A stretch of DNA of 64,000 nt from the human T2T-CHM13v2.0 reference genome, Homo sapiens. Shown here one piece after another: positions 54,789 through 64,000 of this stretch. The notes below the pieces were generated by a model that saw only the letters and a program-made list of their open reading frames with translations, searched no databases and had not been told where the DNA came from. Position 1 is the first letter of the stretch. Each line of letters starts with the position of its first letter. Position numbers and translations under genes: made by a program. The stretch lies in the NCBI RefSeq assembly GCF_009914755.1, contig NC_060948.1; one strand, given 5' to 3'.

Positions 54789-57514
54789 TTGCATTCTATT
54801 CGAGTGATTTCCATTCGAGTCCTTTCCATTCGATTCCATTCCATTCTATTCCATTCCTTTGGATTCCATTCCATTCCGTTCCGTACACATCAATTCCTTG
54901 TGATTCCATTACATTCCATTTCTTGCCATTCCATTCCATTCCTTTTGACTCCATTTCATTCGATTCCATTCCATTCCATTAATTTCCATTCCATTCGAAT
55001 CCCTTCCATTCGATTCCATTCCATTGGAGTCCGTACCAGTCGAGTCCATTCTATTCCAGTCCATTAGTTTCGACTCCATTGCATTCGAGTGCATTACATT
55101 CCGTAGCTGTCCATTCCATTCCGTTTGATGCCATTCCATACGATTCCATTCAATTCGAGGCCATTCTATTCCTGTCCATTCCTTGTGGTTCGATTCCATT
55201 TCACTCTAGTCCATTCCATTCCATTGAATTCCATTCGACTCTATTCCGTTCCATTCAATTCCATTCCATTCGATTCCATTTTTGTCGAGAACCTTCCATT
55301 ACACTCCCTTCCATTCCAGTGCATTCCATTCCAGTCTCTTCAGTTCGATTCCATTCCATTCGTTTCGATTCCTTTCCATTCCAGCCCATTCCATTCCATT
55401 CCATTCCTTTCCTTTCCGTTTCATTAGATTCCATTGCATTCGATTCCATTCAATTCCGTGCTATTCAATTTGATTCATTTCCATTTAATTCCATTCCATT
55501 AGATTCCATTCCGTACGATTCCATTCCTTTTGAATCCATTCCATTGGTGTCCATTCACTTCCAGAACATTCCATTACAGTCGAATCCATTCGAGGACCTT
55601 CCATTAAAGTTCATTACATTCTAATACATTCCATTCCATTGCATTCCATTCCATTCCATTCGATGCCATTCGATTCCATTCCATGCCAAATCATTGCATT
55701 CCTTTCCATTCCGTTCCTATCAATTCCATTACATTCGATTTAGTACGATTCTATTCACTTCCATTCCATTCGATTCCATTCCATTGGAGTCAATTCCTTT
55801 CGACACCCAGCCTTTCCAGTCAATGATTTTGGATTCCATTTTTTTGCATTCCATTACATTCTATGACATTCGATTCCGTTTCATTGCATTCCATTCCATA
55901 CATTTTTATTCCATTCGAGACCGTAGCATTCCGCTTTATTCCAGGCCTGTCCATTACACTACATTCCCTTCCATTCCAATGAATTCCATTCCATTCCAAT
56001 CCATTCCTTTCCTTTCGCTTGCATTCCATTGTATTCTCTTCTAATGCATACAATTTCACTCCATTCGTTCCCATTCCATTCAATTCCATTCCATTCAATT
56101 CCATTCCATTTGTTTCCATTCTCTTCGATTCCATTTCTTTATATTCCATGCCATTCGATTCCATTCTATTGGATTGCATTACATTCGTGTTCATTCCATT
56201 CCAGACCATTCCATTTGACTCCATTCCTTTCGAGCCCTTTCAATTTGAGTCCATTCCTTTCCAGTCCATTTCACTTCAGTCCATTACTATCCATTCCATA
56301 AAATTCCATCCCATTCCATTCCATTCCATTCCATTCCATTCCATTCCATTGCATTCCATTCCATTCCATTCCATTGCACTGCACTCCATTCCATTACATT
56401 CTACTCTATCTGAGTCGATTTTATTGCATTAGATTCTATTCCATTGGATTACTTTCCATTCGATTACATTCCATTCATGTACATTCCATTCCAGTCAATT
56501 ACATTCGAGTTCATTACATTACATTCCAGTATATTCCATTGTATTCGATCCCATTCCTTTCAATTCCATTTCATTCGACTCCATTATATTCGATTCCATT
56601 CCACTCGAATCCATTCCATTAGAGGACATTCCATTCCAATGCATTCCATTCCATTCCATAGCATTCCATTGCATTCGATTCCTTTCTATTCCATTCCATT
56701 TCATTCGATTTGATTCCATTCTGTTCTATTCCATTCAATTCTTTTTCATTCCATTCGAATCCTTTCTATTGCAGTCCATTCCATTCGAGTCCATTCCAAT
56801 CCCTTCCATTCCATTCCATTACAGTCCATTCCAATAGATTCCATTCCTTTGCCTTCCATTCGAATCCATTCCATTCTAGTCCATTCCATTTGAGTCAATT
56901 CCATTCCATTCCATTCTATTCCTTTCCAATCCATTCGATTCCATTCGATTCAATTCCATTTGATTCTCTTTCATTCTATTTTATTCCATGCCATTTGATT
57001 GCATTGCATTCCATTCCGTTTGATTCCAGTCCATTCAAGAAACTTCCATTCCAGTCCATTGCTTTCCAGTCCATTCCATTCTACTCTAGTCTTTTCCACT
57101 CCATTCCTTTCCATTCCATTCCATACTATTCCATTCCATTCCTTTGCATTCCGTTTCCAATCTATTCGAGTCCATTGCATTCCAGTCCAATCCATTCGAT
57201 TACATTCCTTTTGATTCCGTGCCAGTCGATTGCATTGCATACTACACCATTCCAAAGGAGTCCATTCCATTCTATCTCAACACTTTCCATTCCAGTCTGT
57301 TCGAGTCCATTCCATTCCAGTCCATTTAATTCAAGGGCATTCCATTCCATTCCATTCCATTTCATATTATTCCATTCCATTCAATTCCATTCCAGATGAT
57401 TCCATTCCATTCTATACCATTGCTCTCTGTTCCATTCCATTCCATCTGTCTCCATTCCTTTAGTTTCGATTCCTTTCCATTCCATTCCATTACGTTTGAT
57501 CCTATTTTATTAAA
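54789..57514 (+). repeat. Internally deleted DYZ1 unit U17, 2726 bp
   Basis: -45 at 54997, -5 at ~55452 and a ~778-bp deletion junction at 56678-56682. Confidence 0.9.
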
Positions 57515-60500
57515 TTGCATTCTATTCGAGTGATTTCCATTCGAGTCCTTTCCATTCGATTCCATTCCATTCTATTCCATTCCTTTGGATTCCATTCCAT
57601 TTCGTTGCGTTCACATCAATTCCTTGCGATTCCATTACATTCGATTTCTTGCCATTCGATTCCATTCCTTTTGACTCCATTTCATTCGATTCCATTCCAT
57701 TCCATTAATTTCCATTCCATTCGAGACCTTTCCATTGCAGTCTTTTCCCTTCGAGTCCATTCCGTTCGATTCCCTTCCATTCGATTCCATTCCATTGGAG
57801 TCCGTACCAGTCGAGTCCATTCTATTCCAGTCCATTAGTTTCGACTCCATTGCATTCGAGTGCATTCCATTCCGTGGCTGTCCATTCCATTCCGTTTGAT
57901 GCCATTCCATACGATTCCATTCAATTCGAGACCATTCTATTCCTGTCCATTCCTTGTGGTTCGATTCCATTTCACTCTAGTCCATTCCATTCCATTCAAT
58001 TCCATTCGACTCTATTCCGTTCCATTCAATTCCATTCCATTCGATTCCATTTTTGTCGAGAACCTTCCATTACACTCCCTTCCATTCCAGTGCATTCCAT
58101 TCCAGTCTCTTCAGTTCGATTCCATTCCATTCGTTTCGATTCCTTTCCATTCCAGCCCATTCCATTCCATTCCATTCCTTTCCTTTCCGTTTCATTAGAT
58201 TCCATTGCATTCGATTCCATTCAATTCAAATCCGTGCTATTCAATTTGATTCATTTCCATTTAATTCCATTCCATTAGATTCCATTCCGTACGATTCCAT
58301 TCCTTTTGAATCCATTCCATTGGAGTCCATTCACTTCCAGAACATTCCATTATAGTCGAATCCATTCGAGGACATTCCATTAAAGTTCATTACATTCTAA
58401 TACATTCCATTCCATTGCATTCCATTCCATTCCATTCGATGCCATTCGATTCCATTCCATGCCAAATCATTGCATTCCTTTCCATTCCGTTCCTATCAAT
58501 TCCATTCCATTCGATTTAGTTCGATTCTATTCACTTCCATTCTGTTCGATTCCATTCCATTGGAGTGAATTCCTTTTGACACCCAGCCTTTCCAGTCAAT
58601 GATTTTGGAGTCCATTTTTTTGCATTCCATTACACTCTATGACATTCGATTCTGTTTCATTGCATTCCATTCCATACATTTTTATTCCATTCGAGACAGT
58701 AGCATTCTGCTTTATTCCAGGCCTGTCCATTACACTACATTCCCTTCCATTCCAATGAATTCCACTGCATTCCAATCCATTCATTTCCTTTCGCTTGCAT
58801 TCCATTCTATTCTCTTCTACTGCATACAATTTCACTCCATTCGTTCCCATTCCATTCAATTCCATTCCATTCAATTCCATTCCATTTGTTTCCATTCTCT
58901 TCGATTCCATTTCTTTATATTCCATGCCATTCGATTCCATTCTATTGGATTGCATTACATTCTTGTTCATTCCATTCCAGACCATTCCATTTGACTCCAT
59001 TCCTTTCGAGCCCTTTCAATTTGAGTCCATTCCTTTCCAGTCCATTTCACTCCAGTCCATTACTATCCATTCCATACCATTCCATCCCATTCCATTCCAT
59101 TCCATTCCATTCCATTCCATTCCATTGCATTCCATTCCATTCCATTCCATTGCACTGCACTCCATTCCATTACATTCTACTCTATCTGAGTCGATTTTAT
59201 TGCATTAGATTCTATTCCATTGGATTACTTTCCATTCGATTACATTTCATTCATGTACATTCCATTCCAGTCAATTACATTCGAGTTCATTACATTACAT
59301 TCCAGTGTATTCCATTATATTCGATCCCATTCCTTTCAATTCCATTTCATTCGACTCCATTATATTCGATTCCATTCCACTCGAATCCATTCCATTAGAG
59401 GACATTCCATTCCAATGCATTCCATTCCATTCCTTAGCATTCCATTGCGTTCGATTCCATTCCATTTGATGCCATTAAATTTCATGCCATTCCATGACAT
59501 TCCATTCCATTCGAGTCCATTCCGTTCCAATTCATTCCATTCCGTTTCATGAAATTCGAGTCCTTTCCAGTACATTTCATTCCAATCCCATCCAATCCCA
59601 TCTACTCCATTCAATTCCTTTCCATTCCATTTGATTATATTCCATTGATTTGATTCCATTCAGTTTGATTCCATTCCGTGAAATTTCCTTCTATTCTCTT
59701 CCATTGCATTACTTTCCATTCAATTCCATTCCATTTCATTTCAGTCCATTCGCTTCCTTTCATTTCGATTCAATTCCATTAGATTCCACTCCATTCTATG
59801 CGATTTCATTCCAATCGATTCAATTCCATTCGATGACATTCCTTTCGTTTCCATTCCATTCGAGTCCATTCAATTTGAGCATTCGTGTCCATTCTATTCG
59901 AGTCCATTCCATTACCGTCTATTCTATTCCCTTCCATTCCTGTTGATTCAATTTCATTCCCTTCCATTCGATTCCTTTCCATTCGATTCCATTCCTTTCC
60001 ATTCCATTCCATTCGTTCCCATTCCATGTGATTTCATTCCATTCCAGTCCATTATATTCGAGTCCACTCCACTCCATTCCATTACATTCAATTCCTTTTG
60101 AGTCCGTTCTATAACACTCCATTCATTTCGATTCCATTTCTTGCCAGTTTTCTTCCATTTTATTCCATTCCGTTCTATTCCATTCCATTCGATTGCATTC
60201 CATTCGAATCCTTTCCATTCCATTTCATTCCATTCCTTTCTATTCCATTCCATTTCATGCGATTTGATTCCATTCTGTTCTATTCCATTCAATTCTTTTT
60301 CATTCCATTCGCATCCTTTCTATTGCAGTCCATTACATTCGAATCCATTCCAATCCCTTCCATTCCATTCCATTACAGTCCATTCCAATAGATTCCATTC
60401 ATTTGCCTTCCATTCGAATCCATTCCATTCTAGTCCATTCCATTTGAGTCCATTCCATTCCATTCCATTCTATTCCTTTCCAATCCATTCGATTCCATTC

Positions 60501-61068
60501 GATTCAATTCCATTTGATTCTCTTTCATTCTATTTTATTCCATGTCATTTGATTGCATTGCATTCCAGTCCGTTTGATTCCAGTCCATTCAAGAAAGTTC
60601 CATTCCAGTCCATTGCTTTCCAGTCCATTCCATTCCACTCTAGTCTATTCCACTCCATTCCTTTCCATTCCATTCCATACTATTCCATTCCATTCCTTTG
60701 CATTCCGTTTCCAATCTATTCGAGTCCATTGCATTCCAGTCCAATCCATTCGATTACATTCCTTTTGATTCCGTGCCAGTCGATTGCATTGCATACTACA
60801 CCATTCCAAAGGAGTCCATTCCATTCTATCTCAACACTTTCCATTCCACTCTGTTCGAGTCCATTCCATTCCAGTCCATTTAATTCAAGGGCATTCCATT
60901 CCATTCCATTCCATTTCATATTATTCCATTCCATTCAATTCCATTCCAGATGATTCCATTCCATTCTATACCATTGCTCTCTGTTCCATTCCATTCCATC
61001 TGTCTCCATTCCTTTCGTTTCGATTCCTTTCCATTCCATTCCATTACATTTGATCCTATTTTATTAAA
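57515..61068 (+). repeat. DYZ1 unit U18, 3554 bp
   Basis: Landmark spacing. GGCC at 58720. Confidence 0.9.
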
Positions 61069-64000
61069 TTGCATTCTATTCGAGTGATTTCCATTCGAGT
61101 CCTTTCCATTCCATTCCATTCCTTTGGATTCCATTCCATTTCGTTCCGTTCACATCAATTCCTTGCGATTCCATTACATTCGATTTCTTGCCATTCGATT
61201 CCATTCCTTTTGACTCCATTTCATTCGATTCCATTCCATTCCATTAATTTCCATTCCATTCGAGACCTTTCCATTGCAGTCTTTTCCCTTCGAGTCCATT
61301 CCGTTCGATTCCCTTCCATTCGATTCCATTCCATTGGAGTCCGTACCAGTTGAGTCCATTCTATTCCAGTCCATTAGTTTCGACTCCATTGCATTCGAGT
61401 GCATTCCATTCCGTGGCTGTCCATTCCATTCCGTTTGATGCCATTCCATACGATTCCATTCAATTCGAGACCATTCTATTCCTGTCCATTCCTTGTGGTT
61501 CGATTCCATTTCACTCTAGTCCATTCCATTCCATTCAATTCCATTCGACTCTATTCTGTTCCATTCAATTCCATTACATTCGATTCCATTTTTGTCGAGA
61601 ACCTTCCATTACACTCCCTTCCATTCCAGTGCATTCCATTCCAGTCTCTTCAGTTCGATTCCATTCCATTCGTTTCGATTCCTTTCCATTCCAGCCCATT
61701 CCATTCCATTCCATTCCTTTCCTTTCCGTTTCATTAGATTCCATTGCATTCGATTCCATTCAATTCAATTCCGTGCTATTCAATTTGATTCATTTCCATT
61801 TAATTCCATTCCATTAGATTCCATTCCGTACGATTCCATTCCTTTTGAATCCATTCCATTGGAGTCCATTCACTTCCAGAACATTCCATTCCAGTCGAAT
61901 CCATTCGAGGACATTCCATTAAAGTTCTTTACATTCTAATACATTCCATTCCATTGCATTCCATTCCATTCCATTCGATGCCATTCGATTCCATTCCATT
62001 CCAAATCATTGCATTTCTTTCCATTCCGTTCCTATCAATTCCATTCCATTCGATTTAGTTCGATTCTATTCACTTCCATTCCATTCGATTCCATTCCATT
62101 GGAGTCAATTCCTTTCGACATCCAGCCTTTCCAGTCAATGATTTTGGAGTCCATTTTTTTGCATTCCATTACATTCTATGACATTCGATTCCGTTTCATT
62201 GCATTCCATTCCATACATTTTTATTCCATTCGAGACCGTAGCATTCCACTTTATTCCAGGCCTGTCCATTACACTACATTCCCTTCCATTCCAATGAATT
62301 CCATTCCATTCCAATCCATTCCTTTCCTTTCGCTTGCATTCCATTCTATTCTCTTCTACTGCATACAATTTCACTCCATTCGTTCCCATTCCATTCGATT
62401 CCATTCCATTCAATTCCATTCCATTTGTTTCCATTCTCTTCGATTCCATTTCTTTATATTCCATGCCATTCGATTCCATTCTATTGGATTGAATTACATT
62501 CGTGTTCATTCCATTCCAGACCATTCCATTTGACTCCATTCCTTTCGAGCCCTTTCAATTTGAGTCCATTCTTTCCAGTCCATTTCACTCCAGTCCATTA
62601 CTATCCATTCCATACCATTCCATTCCATTCCATTCCATTCCATTGCATTCCATTCCATTCCATTCCATTGCACTGCACTCCATTCCATTACATTCTACTC
62701 TATCTGAGTCGATTTCATTGCATTAGATTCTATTCCATTGGATTACTTTCCATTCGATTACATTTCATTCATGTACATTCCATTCCAGTCAATTACATTC
62801 GAGTTCATTATATTACATTCCAGTATATTCCATTGTATTCGATCCCAATCCTTTCAATTCCATTTCATTCGACTCCATTATATTCGATTCCATTCCACTC
62901 GAATCCATTCCATTAGAGGACATTCCATTCCAATGCATTCCATTCCATTCCATAGCATTCCATTGCATTCGATTCCATTCCATTTGATGCCATTCCATTT
63001 GATGCCATTCCATGACATTCCATTCCATTTGAGTCCATTCCGTTCCAATTCATTCCTTTCCGTTTCATGAAATTCGAGTCCTTTCCAGTACATTTCATTC
63101 CAATCCCATCCAATCCCATCTACTCCATTCAATTCCTTTCCATTCCATTTGATTATATTCCATTGATTTGATTCCATTCAGTTTGATTCCATTCCGTGAA
63201 ATTTCCTTCCATTCTCTTCCATTGCATTACTTTCCATTCAATTCCATTCCATTTCATTTCAGTCCATTCGCTTCCTTTCTTTTCGATTCAATTCCATTTG
63301 ATTCCACTCCATTCTATGCGATTTCATTCCAATCGATTCAATTCCATTCGATGACATTCCTTTCGTTTCCATTCCATTCGAGTCCATTCAGTTTGAGCAT
63401 TCGTGTCCATTCTATTCGAGTCCATTCCATTACCGTCTATTCTATTCCCTTCCATTCCTGTTGATTCAATTTCATTCCCTTCCATTCGATTCCTTTCCAT
63501 TCGATTCCATTCCTTTCCATTCCATTCCATTCGTTCCCATTCCATGTGATTTCATTCCATTCCAGTCCATTATATTCGAGTCCACTCCACTCCATTCTAT
63601 TACATTCAATTCCTTTTGAGTCCGTTCCATAACACTCCATTCATTTCGATTCCATTTCTTGCCAGTTTTCTTCCATTTTATTCCATTCCGTTCGATTCCA
63701 TTCCATTCGATTGCATTCCATTCGAATCCTTTCCATTCCATTTCATTCCATTCCTTTCTATTCCATTCCATTTCATTCGATTTGATTCCATTCTGTTCTA
63801 TTCCATTCAATTCTTTTTCATTCCATTCGAATCCTTTCTATTGCAGTCCATTCCATTCGAGTCCATTCCAATCCCTTCCATTCCATTCCATTACAGTCCA
63901 TTCCAATAGATTCCATTCCTTTGCCTTCCATTCGAATCCATTCCATTCTAGTCCATTCCATTTGAGTCAATTCCATTCTATTCCTTTCCAATCCATTCGA
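61069..64000 (+). repeat. Partial DYZ1 unit U19 (5' part)
   Basis: GGCC at 62259. -15 at ~61110 and -1 at ~62571. Runs off the window end. Confidence 0.9.

Larger units (their letters stand above)
26300..55450 (+). repeat. Multi-unit tandem duplication: copy A ~26300-42640 (16,340 bp), copy B ~42640-55440 (12,796 bp)
   Basis: Identical ORF translations at offset 16340 (26653/42993, 26888/43228) and offset 12796 (31753/44549, 33701/46497, 40084/52880, 41993/54789). Confidence 0.85.
1..64000 (+). repeat. DYZ1: Human Satellite 3 array, DYZ1-type (Yq12), CATTC-rich strand on +
   Basis: Continuous degenerate CATTC pentamers (CATTC, GATTC, CTTTC, GAGTC, AATTC). The landmark TATTTTATTAAATTGCATT recurs with its TTG at 843, 4361, 7894, 11443, 15001, 18545, 22089, 25608, 29137, 32656, 36204, 39739, 41993, 45452, 49000, 52535, 54789, 57515 and 61069. 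Intact units carry one GGCC (HaeIII) followed by TGTCCATTACACTACATTCCC, matching my recollection of the canonical ~3.56-kb DYZ1 HaeIII unit. The family call is by recognition, not database search. Confidence 0.95.

Noticed and set aside
85-63909. All other ORFs (SIPFH-type on +, MEWNG-type on -)
   Set aside because: They are translations of (CATTC)n/(GAATG)n that recur with the repeat period and are freely broken by indels and stops. No domain, promoter or splice evidence.
1-64000. CRISPR-like or prokaryotic repeat-spacer system
   Set aside because: No constant repeat with unique spacers and no cas or other genes. Whole 3.5-kb units are repeated.
1-64000. DYZ2/HSat1B, Alu/L1 insertion or strand inversion
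   Set aside because: No AT-rich DYZ2 block, poly-A tail, non-satellite tract or GAATG-rich stretch on the + strand was seen.
1-64000. HSat2 assignment
   Set aside because: CATTCGATTC occurs, but the regular CATTCGATGATGATTC-type HSat2 motif does not. CATTCCATTC dominates and the 3.5-kb period fits HSat3/DYZ1.

Overview
The whole 64-kb window is one uninterrupted, single-orientation array of degenerate (CATTC)n/(GAATG)n pentamer satellite built into a ~3.5-kb unit. This is the signature of human Satellite 3, most likely the DYZ1 family of Yq12 heterochromatin. I count 18 complete landmark-to-landmark units plus two partial ones. Fifteen units are 3,459-3,558 bp and three are internally deleted (2,254, 2,254 and 2,726 bp). 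I see no genes, RNA genes, transposons, DYZ2/Alu sequence or strand inversions. Every ORF in the track is a translation artefact of the pentamer (IPFHS / MEWNG). I find no new gene system. What the window does show is layered architecture above the 3.5-kb unit: a near-identical tandem duplication (offsets 16,340 and 12,796 bp), an alternating 7,048-bp dimer, a recent single-unit duplication, local subfamilies with private variants, loss and gain of the diagnostic HaeIII site, and microhomology-bounded deletions that keep the pentamer register. All comparisons were made by eye and from ORF-track offsets, not by alignment.
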